From NCBI RefSeq assembly GCF_045130115.1, contig NZ_JBGUPC010000036.1, positions 12,180 through 76,179 on the forward strand: a stretch of DNA of 64,000 nucleotides, read 5' to 3'. Below are positions 30,667-41,081 of this stretch, in pieces (within the stretch, counting starts at the first letter, position 1; each line of letters begins with the position of its first letter). The notes beneath the pieces were generated by a model. That model ran no database searches. It had not been told where the DNA came from and saw nothing but the letters and a program-made list of their open reading frames with translations. The position numbers were made by a program, and so were the translations under genes. The stretch comes from Methanobrevibacter sp. (GTDB lineage: Archaea > Methanobacteriota > Methanobacteria > Methanobacteriales > Methanobacteriaceae).

Positions 30667-33630
30667 TCATAATGGGTAGGGAACTTCATAAATCTGGTAT
30701 TTTCTTGGAATATTGCATGCGGTCCATTTTTCTTCAGTAAAATACTGGTATGTTTCGCTTTTTGACAGTTTTTTAGTATATCCGTCGCCGACATATAATG
30801 CATCGTTCCTGTTTAGGCTTCCATCCGGATTTATTGTGACTTCAACATAATCATATGTGCCGTCATCTTTTGGGATGTTGAAGAACTTTTTGCCCTGCAT
30901 ATATCCGTCTCTGGTGAATGCAACATGTTCATACGCCCAATGCCAATCTTTTTTATCAACGAATTTATTTTTTATATAATTTCCAGCTCCATGTATTCCC
31001 ATCATTGTTCCAATGGTGCTTGCAAGACCTAATGTCAGGCTTCCGGTCACAATCTTTCCGGCAATTCCAGTAACCAGATTGCTGACCATATACCCTGCCA
31101 CAGTCAGCGGGTGAATCTTATTCATAATATTGTCAATGATATTTCCGCTGGATCTTTTGATTTTTGCATAGGTGTTTCCGATGCCGCTGATTATGTCGAC
31201 GGGGGTTGTTCCTACACTGCAGCAGTCACAGGATGTAGGGACTAGTGAGCCTTTGTATGCAAAATCATCGTCAATTATTATCGCGTTGGATATTCCGCTT
31301 GTTGAATTGATGACAATTGTGGCATTGCTTCCGTCTTCACATAGAATATAAAACATTTCTCCAATCTGAGCAATGCTGAATTTATTATTTTCAACGGATT
31401 CGTAAAGGCTGTCTAAAGAATTTGTCAGATTGTTTGAATATCTCTCGGCAACTGGATTCAATACGTAACTTTCAATATTCGGCAGGTAAAACGAGTTCAT
31501 CAGTCTAAACATTGCTGAATTTTGGCCATTTCCGGCAACATTCATTCCCATATCTGCGTTTAATATGTGAAGATAGGTGTCATCAAAGTTGATTCCTCCA
31601 AGTATTGTTGTTGTCCTTTTACGGTCCCATTTTACATTGAACTCCTTTGCATAATTGTCGGCTATCTCGTCTGCAAGCCATGCTGTCTCAAGACCCGCCA
31701 GAAACATTCCATAGATATTCATTATTCCGATTCTTGAAAGAAATCCGGAATTCACCATTAACCATTTATCCATGGTGGAATATCTCACCTTCTCATTGAT
31801 TATGGCATATGACTGAAGCACTTCAAAGCCTCTGATAACGTTATATAAGTCGCTGCGACCATAGCTTATGCTTTCACTTTTTTCAAGCTCTTCAATGCCA
31901 TTGACAATCAGTTTTGTTTTGATGTCCTCTCTTGATATGCTCGGCATGATCGAGTTTTTTGAATCGTCATATATGACGCTTTCTCCTGTATTTGTAAACC
32001 TGATGCTTTCGGTATTGTTCATGGTTAGCTGGTCGTAGTTGTTATAATTGATTTCATAGGCATTCTTTTCATATAATTTTCCCAAATTGCTTCTAAGGCC
32101 CACCTCATCATAGCTGCCGGTGAAAAACAATATCCTTGCCTTTATCAAGTCGTTCTGCAGGTATGTGATGATTTCAATGTTATCCAGATGCTTGTCCATA
32201 GTCAATCCGAAGAGGTCCGCATCGCACTGTGTCGTACTTCTGAATTCGATTTGTGTATAGTCATTTGCCTTTGAAATCATCACTCCGTCCCCTTTCAGAT
32301 TATCCTTGTTGTAATCGCTTTTGAGACCGCTTCCGTCAAACGGCACAAGATATGTTTTATAGCCGATCACATTTGCATCAATCCCCGGCTGTGGATCTGT
32401 GGAGAACAGGTAATGTTTGCTTTCAGTGATGTGTATTGCAAAAACATCCTTTTTAGGCAGTTTTATTATTCCGTCATTTCCTGTTTTCAGGGTGTAGGCG
32501 GAATTGTGGAAAGCATAGGGTACGGTTACGTTGACATAATCTGGAATCATGGTAATGTGGCTGAAGGATGCTGTTTTCATTACTGCATTGACTGTTATAT
32601 GATTGGTATGTACAAGCCCTTCATATTCGGTTGTAATGCTGTACTTTCCGGCCGGCAGGTCTATTGTCTGTACTGCAATACCTTTCGAATCGCTTTTTGG
32701 AGTGTATGTTTTGCTGTTCACTTTCAATGTCACTTTTTTATTAGGTGAAACCTTTCCGTTGCTGTTCAGCACTTTGACCGTGAATTTGCTTCCGTCCTTT
32801 TCGTCCATTGTCAGATCCCTTGTTTCAAGGATTGTCCTGATTGTTATCTTTTTTGTGACTGTTTCGGAGGTCTTGGAGTTGATAGATGAAATGCTGTAGG
32901 TTCCGGGTTTCAAATCTATGGACAGTTTTCCTTTGCCCTTCTTGCTGGTTTTAACGCTATGGCTTTTGCTGTTCAATTTGAATTTGATATTGGTGTTCTT
33001 AAGGAGCTTTCCTTTCTTGTCATAAAATGTTGCGCTATATGATGCCTTATTTTTATAGTATTTTGAAAAGTCACCCGCTTTTATTGTGCTTTTGATTGTC
33101 ACTGTGCTTTTGACGCTGTTTTTATGATAGTTTTTCGTTTCGTCAAATGTGGTTGTTACCGTATATTTCCCACTCTTCAGGTTAAGGTTTATCGATGCCT
33201 TTCCATTGGAATCGGTTGTTTTGGTGTAGGTTTTTCCATCTATGGTAATTTTCACTTTGGATTTTTTCACTGCTTTTTTCAGTTCGTCCTTGACTGTAAC
33301 AGTAAGTTTGCTTCCGTCCTTGTAGTGCATCTTCACATCAGGAGCCTTTATGTTCACTTTCAGTTTGCTGTCGGTTATTAGACTTGCATATGCCTTTTTG
33401 GAATTGTCTGCTTCTATCTTCTCATTGCTGAGACTAGCCTCAAGCTTTTCCATATTCTCGCAACCTGCCATGACTTCGTCCTGGCTTTCGGAAGAAATCT
33501 GGCAGATTTCGTCTTCTGGTTGTTTGATTGTCTGTTTCAATGTTTCATTATCCATTTCCGCTGCCGAAACGGTTCCAATAAGCAAAAAAAGTAGGATGAT
33601 GAAACATATGGTGTTTATTTTAATGTTCAT
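30667..33630 (-). CDS. Secreted adhesin-like protein (987 aa): Ig-like N-terminal repeats, uncharacterised C-terminal two-thirds
   Basis: Signal peptide (..IGTVSAAE), Lys-rich Ig-like repeats (KTTDSNGKA..L..G.Y), late Gly/Ala-rich hydrophobic helices. Confidence 0.8.
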   Translation of the reverse strand: MNIKINTICFIILLFLLIGTVSAAEMDNETLKQTIKQPEDEICQISSESQDEVMAGCENMEKLEASLSNEKIEADNSKKAYASLITDSKLKVNIKAPDVKMHYKDGSKLTVTVKDELKKAVKKSKVKITIDGKTYTKTTDSNGKASINLNLKSGKYTVTTTFDETKNYHKNSVKSTVTIKSTIKAGDFSKYYKNKASYSATFYDKKGKLLKNTNIKFKLNSKSHSVKTSKKGKGKLSIDLKPGTYSISSINSKTSETVTKKITIRTILETRDLTMDEKDGSKFTVKVLNSNGKVSPNKKVTLKVNSKTYTPKSDSKGIAVQTIDLPAGKYSITTEYEGLVHTNHITVNAVMKTASFSHITMIPDYVNVTVPYAFHNSAYTLKTGNDGIIKLPKKDVFAIHITESKHYLFSTDPQPGIDANVIGYKTYLVPFDGSGLKSDYNKDNLKGDGVMISKANDYTQIEFRSTTQCDADLFGLTMDKHLDNIEIITYLQNDLIKARILFFTGSYDEVGLRSNLGKLYEKNAYEINYNNYDQLTMNNTESIRFTNTGESVIYDDSKNSIMPSISREDIKTKLIVNGIEELEKSESISYGRSDLYNVIRGFEVLQSYAIINEKVRYSTMDKWLMVNSGFLSRIGIMNIYGMFLAGLETAWLADEIADNYAKEFNVKWDRKRTTTILGGINFDDTYLHILNADMGMNVAGNGQNSAMFRLMNSFYLPNIESYVLNPVAERYSNNLTNSLDSLYESVENNKFSIAQIGEMFYILCEDGSNATIVINSTSGISNAIIIDDDFAYKGSLVPTSCDCCSVGTTPVDIISGIGNTYAKIKRSSGNIIDNIMNKIHPLTVAGYMVSNLVTGIAGKIVTGSLTLGLASTIGTMMGIHGAGNYIKNKFVDKKDWHWAYEHVAFTRDGYMQGKKFFNIPKDDGTYDYVEVTINPDGSLNRNDALYVGDGYTKKLSKSETYQYFTEEKWTACNIPRKYQIYEVPYPL

Positions 33631-33754
33631 GATATCTACCTTCTGTCAATTTTTCTGTCTAATTGACGGTTAAAGTATGATATCTAGAACATATAAACTT
33701 TGATATTAAAATTAAATGGTAAATTGCTTTTATAATGAATTTTTAAGAGCAATC

Positions 33755-34396
33755 CTATGGATATATGACAATTATGCACATATAAGTAAATTCGCTGCTG
33801 GCAATGTCGCTTAAAGTGGCTGAAACAATTTTCTCATCCGGATAGCTTAGGCGTTCACAGACGGTCACTTTCCTGTCCTCTTCAACCCCATTGTCAAGCA
33901 GGAACTGTGCCATGTCCTTGACTTTTCTGGAGGGCAGTGCAATGGTTGTCTTGCCGTTGTTTATGACCGGAAGGATGTCCTCTATGTTTTCACGGCCGTG
34001 GAAGGTCATCACATTGGCATTGTCCCATTGGATGTGGCATTCTGCAGCAGCAAGCTGAAGTGAACTGATTCCTGGAATGACCTCGATGTTTTCTTCGGGA
34101 AAATTGTTTTCATCCGAAAGCCTTAGGACGGTATTCAAAACGCCTGAAAAACCTGGATCTCCGGTTGACAATATTGACACGGTGTTTCCATCGGCTGCCA
34201 GTTTGACCCCTTCCTCCAATTTGTCCAGCAGATCCTTGACGTTAAATGCGATTTTTCCTGGAGCATCATCAAACAGGTCAATCGCACGGGTGCTTCCGAC
34301 AGTATAATCACTCATTTCAACGGTATCGATTGCTTTTTTTGTCAAATATTCGCTGGAACCAGGTCCAATTCCAATGATATAAATTTTACCGGTCAT
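33755..34396 (-). CDS. cbiE: Cobalt-precorrin-7 C5-methyltransferase
   Basis: IIGIGPG..YLT, STGDPGFSG, IPGISSLQLA, FHGR, ERLSYPDE. Confidence 0.93.
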   Translation of the reverse strand: MTGKIYIIGIGPGSSEYLTKKAIDTVEMSDYTVGSTRAIDLFDDAPGKIAFNVKDLLDKLEEGVKLAADGNTVSILSTGDPGFSGVLNTVLRLSDENNFPEENIEVIPGISSLQLAAAECHIQWDNANVMTFHGRENIEDILPVINNGKTTIALPSRKVKDMAQFLLDNGVEEDRKVTVCERLSYPDEKIVSATLSDIASSEFTYMCIIVIYP

Positions 34397-34397
34397 T

Positions 34398-34781
34398 TTA
34401 ATCATCAATTCCTAATCTTTGTTTGAAATCATTTTTCAGGGATTCTCGAGTTTCAAGAGAATAGCTGTTGTTGTTTTCATCATGCAGGGTAAACATGGCC
34501 AATTCATAGATTATCCTGTTCATTGATTTGCCATATTCAGTCAAATAGTACTCGGTTGTAACTGGAGTAGTGTTCAGAACCTTTTTTTCAATTAATCCAT
34601 TTTCTTCCAGTTCTTTAAGGCAATTGGATAATACCTTATTGGATAATTTGGGCTTGTCCTCTTTAAATTCTTTGAAATGCTTTTTGCCAAAAAACATGTC
34701 CCTTATAATCTGAACGCTCCATTTTTTGTTAATCAGATTTAAAGTCTTATCCACTGGGCAAACAACTTTGTCTGTGTTCAT
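34398..34781 (-). CDS. HxlR/DUF24 family winged-helix regulator
   Basis: CPV..TL.LI..KW, LS.KVLS..LKELE..GLI, EY.LT..G. Confidence 0.92.
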   Translation of the reverse strand: MNTDKVVCPVDKTLNLINKKWSVQIIRDMFFGKKHFKEFKEDKPKLSNKVLSNCLKELEENGLIEKKVLNTTPVTTEYYLTEYGKSMNRIIYELAMFTLHDENNNSYSLETRESLKNDFKQRLGIDD

Positions 34782-34906
34782 AATTAAAAGTTGATTTAAT
34801 TTCTATTTAAAGTTACTTTTTTGTTACCCGGTTTCCTGGAGGTTACAAAAATCATTTAAATGCTGTTGATTATACTAATAATTAACAAAAATGAGGAGGG
34901 GTTAAA

Positions 34907-35686
34907 ATTAATGCAACCGAACAACTGGATTTCCTATTGGACTATTTGATTGATGAAAGGGGAGAAGCTATTGACATTCCCGATGATTTTCAGGACAAAA
35001 GAAATTTGCTCAGGGCATTGATGAATGTACGGATTCCTTTGGAAATTTCTGATGAGTTCTTAAGGGTTCAGGATGAATTCTTAACCGCAGAAACTTCAGG
35101 AAAGGTTTTGACTTCTCCGGAAGACATTACTGAGGCTAAAGGAAGGATGATGCTGTGGCAGGGCGACATCACAACACTAAAGGTTGATGGAATCGTCAAT
35201 GCTGCAAATTCGAAATTGCTTGGATGCTTTATTCCGCAGCACAACTGCATTGACAATGTCATTCACTCATCTGCTGGTGTTCAGCTTAGGGATGAGTGCA
35301 ACGAGATCATGCAAATGCAAGGCCATGACGAGGCGGTTGGAAAAGCAAAAATCACAGGCGCCTACAATTTGCCTTCAAAATATGTCATTCACACTGTAGG
35401 GCCGCAAATCCCATATGGTTCACAGCCGACAGACAGGGACTGTGAAGACCTGAAAAACTGTTATCTGTCATGTCTGGAGATTGCAAGCGAAAATGAACTG
35501 AAATCACTTGCGTTCTGCTGCATTTCAACAGGAGTGTTTAACTTTCCACAGGACCTGGCGGCTGAAATTGCAATAGGTAGTGTTACAGAATATTTAAAAT
35601 CAAATGAAACAACATTGAAACATGTAATTTTCAATGTATTTACTGATGAGGATTATTTAATATATAAGGAGTATTTCAATGGATAA
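34907..35686 (+). CDS. Zn-dependent macrodomain protein-ADP-ribose hydrolase
   Basis: [35 protein letters not shown] (Cx4HxC Zn loop), [18 protein letters not shown]; start either ATT 34907 (after GAGGAGG) or TTG 34937. Confidence 0.9.
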   Translation: MNATEQLDFLLDYLIDERGEAIDIPDDFQDKRNLLRALMNVRIPLEISDEFLRVQDEFLTAETSGKVLTSPEDITEAKGRMMLWQGDITTLKVDGIVNAANSKLLGCFIPQHNCIDNVIHSSAGVQLRDECNEIMQMQGHDEAVGKAKITGAYNLPSKYVIHTVGPQIPYGSQPTDRDCEDLKNCYLSCLEIASENELKSLAFCCISTGVFNFPQDLAAEIAIGSVTEYLKSNETTLKHVIFNVFTDEDYLIYKEYFNG

Positions 35687-36524
35687 ATTTACATTAAGAT
35701 TGGATAAGGCCAAAAAGGCCATTGATGAGGCTGATTACATAATAATAGGTGCCGGTGCGGGGCTGTCTACTGCCGCCGGAATCGACTACACCGGTGAGAG
35801 GTTTGAAAAATATTTCAAGGATTTCATTGAGGAATACGGATTTACAGACATGTATTCATCTGGATTTTATCCCTTCGAGTCTCAGGAAGAAAAATGGGCC
35901 TACTGGGCTAGGCATGTTTTTGCAAACCGTTATGATGTGGGAAAAACAAGCGTTTACCAGAAATTATTGAAATTGGTTGAGGATAAGGAGTATTTTGTCC
36001 TTACAACCAATGTTGAACATCAGTTTTGGATTAATGGATTCGATGATGAAAGGATATTTGCAACCCAGGGCGATTACGGATTGCTTCAATGTGAAAAGGC
36101 ATGCCATGACAGATTATATCCGAACAAAGAACAGGTTTTTGAATGGGTGGAAAAAACAGAGAACTTTAGAATTCCATCTGATCTTGTTCCTAAATGCCCG
36201 GTTTGCGGAGGGAATATGGATTTGAATCTAAGAAAGGACAGTTATTTTGTTGAAGATGCTAAATGGCATGAAATGAATAAGAATTATTACGATTTCCTAG
36301 ACAATATCGACGGAAAATTCGTATTTTTGGAAATTGGCGTTGGATTCAATACTCCTGGAATCATCCGCTATCCCTTTGAGCAGATGACATACGGCAATTC
36401 AGATGCAACACTTATAAGATTGAATCTTGATTATCCTCAGGCAATTCCGGAAAATAAGGACAAGACAATAAGCTTTGATGAAAACGTTGAGGAAATTCTG
36501 GATTACTGGCTTTCAAGAATTTAG
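35679..36524 (+). CDS. Class M sirtuin (SirTM-like) NAD-dependent protein ADP-ribosyltransferase
   Basis: [26 protein letters not shown] (Gln in place of catalytic His), [24 protein letters not shown]; overlaps macrodomain stop. Confidence 0.88.
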   Translation: MDKFTLRLDKAKKAIDEADYIIIGAGAGLSTAAGIDYTGERFEKYFKDFIEEYGFTDMYSSGFYPFESQEEKWAYWARHVFANRYDVGKTSVYQKLLKLVEDKEYFVLTTNVEHQFWINGFDDERIFATQGDYGLLQCEKACHDRLYPNKEQVFEWVEKTENFRIPSDLVPKCPVCGGNMDLNLRKDSYFVEDAKWHEMNKNYYDFLDNIDGKFVFLEIGVGFNTPGIIRYPFEQMTYGNSDATLIRLNLDYPQAIPENKDKTISFDENVEEILDYWLSRI

Positions 36525-38633
36525 ATTGGTGATTTCATCTTTTAAGAAATGGTAAATTGATTCTGAGCCAATAAGTTCGCCCGGGTCGTCCCATTCGGAC
36601 GGGTACAAGATGAACGGCTTTGTCTGATTTCCTCCCAATCCTCCGTGGGATCCTATCAGTTCTTCAAATGCACATACTTCATCGCTTTCGCTGTCATAGA
36701 AGCTGTTGACCAGAATGTCGGGCATGTTGTTGAATGAATTTTGCCTTTTAAGATGCATTGCGGCATTTTTGCCGAAGTCTTCAAGTGGATTTTCGCCGAC
36801 GATTTCATCGCTGTCAAGATAATAGATTCCATTTTCGCCAATTATCATTCCTCCATTCGCTATCGAATCGACCAGAATGAAGCCTATTCCAGAATGCTTT
36901 ACAAGGCCTGGAATCAAATCGGGAAAGAGCATTACGATTTCTTCATAGTTCAGGCGCTGCTTCCATTGGGTCAGATATATCAGTCCCATATTGCCAGAAC
37001 CCAACACAATCAGTTCTGAGTCCTTTTCCTTTTTTGTGCTTTGCTGTGAGGTTTCATAGCCTTTGATGTAGTCAAGGCTATTAGTATATCTGTCTCTCAG
37101 ATTTAGATATTGCTCATTTTCAAATATTATGGCAGGTTTTCTCTTTTCAACGCCTTCCCTTATGTTTTGCAGGGATTCCCAATCCAAAATGTCTTCCCGA
37201 ATGTCTCCCATCTTTTCCTTGAAGTTTCTTAACTGTTTGTTTTCAGGAATTATTGCATCCCTGAAGTGGTCTATGTTATATTCAGTTTTAAACATTCTCA
37301 AATCATCCGGAAGGAGCCCGCGCACATAATTTCCCAGGGTCATTCCATATCTTTGCTTGAATGTGGCTCCTTTGGACTGACCATGGTCAGAAAGGACAAC
37401 AAGCTTATAATCCCGGTCGCTCATCTCGATTGCTGAGGTAAGCTTTGCAAATTGCTGGTCTATTTTTTTTAGGGCAATCCACACGTCCCTATCCTCAACT
37501 CCTGAGTGATGGGCTATTTCATCATAACCCATGAATGTTGCATATGCGCTGTCAATGTTTCCGGTCAGTATTTCACTTGTCAGAACATCAGTTGTGACTT
37601 CCCTTAGGACCACATTAGCCCCTGCCCTCACTGCTGCATATACGATTGTTCTTCTGAGTCGTGGCTTTATGTTTTTCACATTATGAATCAATTGGGAGGT
37701 CAGTTCAAGAATAATGTCCCATAAGAATAGAATAAATAGCCTTTGAAAATTATATGCATCCAGAAACACGGCATTCAATGTTTTGCTGTATATGTTTGCC
37801 AATCCGTTCAACTTTGAGGATGTAAGTGTTGGAATTTCACTGTCCCCTGAGAACATGTTTGCGATGCTTATGCCATTTACCAGAAGGCCTTCGCCATTGC
37901 TTATCTTATTTTCAATTTGAGGGGTATCACTCAATTTTCCTGAAACGATAATTCTGTTGTCATTTTCCTTTTCAACCCATCTGTAGGCTACAATGTCCGT
38001 ATTGTTTCCATGAAGTATTCCTGCCTGGCTCGCCCCAGTCTGTGATGATAAATCGGTTTCCCATTCCTTCAGAGTGTGTGTATTTTCGCCAATCCATCTT
38101 TCAATGTTTGGCATTATTCCCTTGTCAATGGCCTTTTTCAGGGTGTTTATGGAAAGGCCATCTATTTCGACCATAATCAGTCCGGGATATATTTTCTTGT
38201 ATGGTGTCTTTTGCTTGACTGCATACTTGAGAATGCTTTTGATGTAGCTGTCGTAATAGTTGGTGTTTGTTATGTTTGTAACGAAGGTTGTGAATATCGC
38301 CATCACGATAGGAACCTGCAGTACGCCATATATTCCTGCGGAAAGTCCTGGAATGAAAAGGGAAGCGATATAAAAGATTATCGAGTTTATGAAGAGTGAT
38401 CCGATTCCAAAGGTAAAGATGATTATCTTCATCAGAAAACGCCTGAATATGGGCCACAGCAGCGAATTTGCAATAGCAACGACTATGACTATAAGGACTG
38501 CATTGTACCATGGGCCGATTGTAAAGTCTGTACTTATGTAGTCTACCACATACACTGCCGCAATGTTTGCAATAACATACAACAAGGTTGTTATTATGGT
38601 TCTCAGTGATGAAATTAATCTGTTCTTTATCAT
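36513..38633 (-). CDS. 4-TM holin-like N-terminus fused to alkaline phosphatase/NPP-superfamily domain
   Basis: N-terminal TM bundle; EIDGLS, SSQTGASQAG, YDEIAHHSG, LSDHGQ, GSHGGLGG metal-binding motifs. Confidence 0.8.
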   Translation of the reverse strand: MIKNRLISSLRTIITTLLYVIANIAAVYVVDYISTDFTIGPWYNAVLIVIVVAIANSLLWPIFRRFLMKIIIFTFGIGSLFINSIIFYIASLFIPGLSAGIYGVLQVPIVMAIFTTFVTNITNTNYYDSYIKSILKYAVKQKTPYKKIYPGLIMVEIDGLSINTLKKAIDKGIMPNIERWIGENTHTLKEWETDLSSQTGASQAGILHGNNTDIVAYRWVEKENDNRIIVSGKLSDTPQIENKISNGEGLLVNGISIANMFSGDSEIPTLTSSKLNGLANIYSKTLNAVFLDAYNFQRLFILFLWDIILELTSQLIHNVKNIKPRLRRTIVYAAVRAGANVVLREVTTDVLTSEILTGNIDSAYATFMGYDEIAHHSGVEDRDVWIALKKIDQQFAKLTSAIEMSDRDYKLVVLSDHGQSKGATFKQRYGMTLGNYVRGLLPDDLRMFKTEYNIDHFRDAIIPENKQLRNFKEKMGDIREDILDWESLQNIREGVEKRKPAIIFENEQYLNLRDRYTNSLDYIKGYETSQQSTKKEKDSELIVLGSGNMGLIYLTQWKQRLNYEEIVMLFPDLIPGLVKHSGIGFILVDSIANGGMIIGENGIYYLDSDEIVGENPLEDFGKNAAMHLKRQNSFNNMPDILVNSFYDSESDEVCAFEELIGSHGGLGGNQTKPFILYPSEWDDPGELIGSESIYHFLKDEITNLNS

Positions 38634-39499
38634 TCTATCGGAATTTTTCGCCTATTATTGCTTTTAAGGGTTATTATTGTGATTTCAGGTTTGCAGTTTA
38701 TGCGTATTCTAAATGAATTTGTACCCAGGCCCTTGCTTGTATACTGAACCATGTCATTGACCTTATAAAGCCCGACAGGATATCTTGTGGAGTTGGGGCC
38801 TCTAAATGGGGTTGTTTTAAATTTTGGAATGATGAACTGCCCTCCGTGGGAATGTCCTGAAATCTGCAAATCGATTTTGCCGGTTTGTGAGGATTCAAGG
38901 GCAAAGTCCGGCTCATGTGCAAGCAGGATTGTCGGGTAATCGTCTTCAAGCTTTGCCAATACCTTATCCAAATTGTCGGCACAAACAGTACAGGAGTCAA
39001 CACCGGCCAAATTGATTTTGTCGTCACCTCTTTTCAGCACTACATTGTCATTGCTCAAATCATGAATGTCTGCACTTTTAAAGATTCTTCTGACCTTGTC
39101 TGCATCCATCCAATGGTCATGATTTCCCAAAATGCCGAATTTGCCGTCTTCGGCTTTCAGCTTTTTGAGGGATTTTTCCAATGCATCATCGTAGCTTTCG
39201 ATATTGTATGAAAAGTAATCTCCGGTCAGGACTATCAAATCATAATTCAATGTATTAACATAGTCGACCAGGTCATCGAGATACTCCGGATTGATCCATT
39301 GGCCCAGATGGATATCAGATATGTTTAAAATCCTGTAGTTTTGAAAATTCCATCCTATTTTATCCAATGCGATATCAACTTCAACCAGATCGATGTTTTT
39401 TGGATTAAACTCCTTGTCCGGCAATGTTTGGTTCATCGCATCCTGAATTCCTTGTCTAATTTTCATGGCTTGGGGTCTTTCTATATCTTCATCCTTCAT
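38630..39499 (-). CDS. Metallophosphoesterase (YkuE/YaeI-like)
   Basis: SDIH, TGD, GNHD, LLAHEPD, SGHSHGGQ. Confidence 0.92.
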   Translation of the reverse strand: MKDEDIERPQAMKIRQGIQDAMNQTLPDKEFNPKNIDLVEVDIALDKIGWNFQNYRILNISDIHLGQWINPEYLDDLVDYVNTLNYDLIVLTGDYFSYNIESYDDALEKSLKKLKAEDGKFGILGNHDHWMDADKVRRIFKSADIHDLSNDNVVLKRGDDKINLAGVDSCTVCADNLDKVLAKLEDDYPTILLAHEPDFALESSQTGKIDLQISGHSHGGQFIIPKFKTTPFRGPNSTRYPVGLYKVNDMVQYTSKGLGTNSFRIRINCKPEITIITLKSNNRRKIPIE

Positions 39500-39562
39500 T
39501 AATTATTAATTAATTCTGAAACTATTTATAATTTTAAAAACATAGATAATTAAGTGATTATT

Positions 39563-40753
39563 ATGCTTCAAATTGCAGTTTGTGGAAAACCAAATGTAGG
39601 AAAATCATCCTTTTTCAATTCAGCAACAGCATCAGGAGTGGAAATGGCAAACTATCCATTCACAACAATCGATGCAAACAAGGCTGTTGCTCATGTAATT
39701 AAGGATTGCCCGTGTAAGGAATTGGGCGTCACATGCAATCCTCACAACTCAATATGCATTGATGGGAAAAGATTGCTTCCGATTGAAATGATAGATGTTG
39801 CGGGACTTGTTCCTGGAGCACACGAAGGAAAAGGATTAGGTAACAAGTTTTTAGATGAATTGATGCAGGCTAAGGTATTTATCAATGTAATTGATGCTTC
39901 AGGCTCAACCGACCTTGAAGGAAATCCTGTTGATGCAGGAAGCCATGACCCCTTGGACGATTTGGAATTTCTGGAAAATGAAATCGTCATGTGGATGTAT
40001 GGAATACTGTCCAAGAACTGGGTGAGGCTTATAAGAAAGGTTGGTGCGGAGCATCTTGACATCTCAAAGGTTCTCTATGACCAGTTGTCAGGTACAGGAA
40101 TAGCCATTGAAGACATTATTGAGGCTAAAAGGACAGTAGAACCTGATTACAACAAATGGGAAGAGGAGGATTTGATTGAGCTTACACGCAATATCCTGCA
40201 TATTGCAAAGCCGATGATGATTATTGCAAACAAGGCGGACTTGCCTACATCTGCTGAAAACATCAAAAGAATCAAGGAAAAGTATCCGAACGTGATTCCA
40301 ACTTCAGCAGGCTCAGAATTGGCATTGGTTAAAGCTGCAGAAAGCGGACTGATCAGCTACATGTCCGGTGATGACCATTTTGAAATCCTGAAGCCGGAAG
40401 AGCTGTCAGAAGCCCAACGAAAAGGTTTGGAGTATATTCAATCCAACATCCTGGATGTCTATGGAAGCACAGGAGTTCAGGATGCGCTGAATTATGCGAT
40501 ATTTGAACTTCTTGACAGGATTGTCGTATATCCGGTTCAGGATGAAAACAAATACACTGACCAGAAGGGTAATGTATTGCCTGACGGATTCCTTGTCCCT
40601 AAAGGCTCAACACCTAAGCAGCTGGCCTACATTGTCCACACAGATATAGGGGACAAGTTCATGCATGCGGTTGATGCGAAATCCAAAATGCGCGTGGCCA
40701 GTGATTATGAGCTGAAAGATGGCGACATCATAAGTATAGTGACAAGAGGATAA
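39563..40753 (+). CDS. ychF: Redox-regulated ATPase/GTPase YchF (Obg family, TGS domain)
   Basis: [24 protein letters not shown]-terminal TGS (VHTDIG). Confidence 0.95.
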   Translation: MLQIAVCGKPNVGKSSFFNSATASGVEMANYPFTTIDANKAVAHVIKDCPCKELGVTCNPHNSICIDGKRLLPIEMIDVAGLVPGAHEGKGLGNKFLDELMQAKVFINVIDASGSTDLEGNPVDAGSHDPLDDLEFLENEIVMWMYGILSKNWVRLIRKVGAEHLDISKVLYDQLSGTGIAIEDIIEAKRTVEPDYNKWEEEDLIELTRNILHIAKPMMIIANKADLPTSAENIKRIKEKYPNVIPTSAGSELALVKAAESGLISYMSGDDHFEILKPEELSEAQRKGLEYIQSNILDVYGSTGVQDALNYAIFELLDRIVVYPVQDENKYTDQKGNVLPDGFLVPKGSTPKQLAYIVHTDIGDKFMHAVDAKSKMRVASDYELKDGDIISIVTRG

Positions 40754-41081
40754 TATTCCTCTTCTTTTTTTCTTTATATTAGTGTTTTAGAATTCACTAT
40801 TTTACTGTAATTCTATTTAAAATTAATTATTTTTTTAAATCAATATTGATTTATTCGTATAAAATTGTTTCGGTTATGTAGAGTATTGTTTTCATTAAAA
40901 TAAGAAAATTATATATATTAAAAAGTTAATATTGTTATTTAACATCATTTGATGTTAGGTTGCCAAAGGGCAAACCATCAGATACTTGTTGAATGGGGAT
41001 GTGTCAAAATTTGTTAACCAAATTTATCCTTATTCAATCTTTAATGCTATTTTTATCTTAATATAGATTAAACTGATTCAT

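Noticed and set aside
35679..36524. Sir2 + macrodomain as a Thoeris/DSR-type anti-phage system
   Set aside because: Motifs are those of class M sirtuin and Zn-macrodomain; no TIR, SLOG or HerA partner
36513..38633. Holin-like domain as evidence for a provirus
   Set aside because: It is fused to an AlkP domain, and no integrase, capsid, terminase or endoisopeptidase genes are nearby
40960..41010. AGGGCAAACCATC...GAATGGGGATG resembles the start of a c-di-GMP-I (GEMM) riboswitch
   Set aside because: No GAAA tetraloop, no GACGCAAAGC and no second stem with tetraloop receptor
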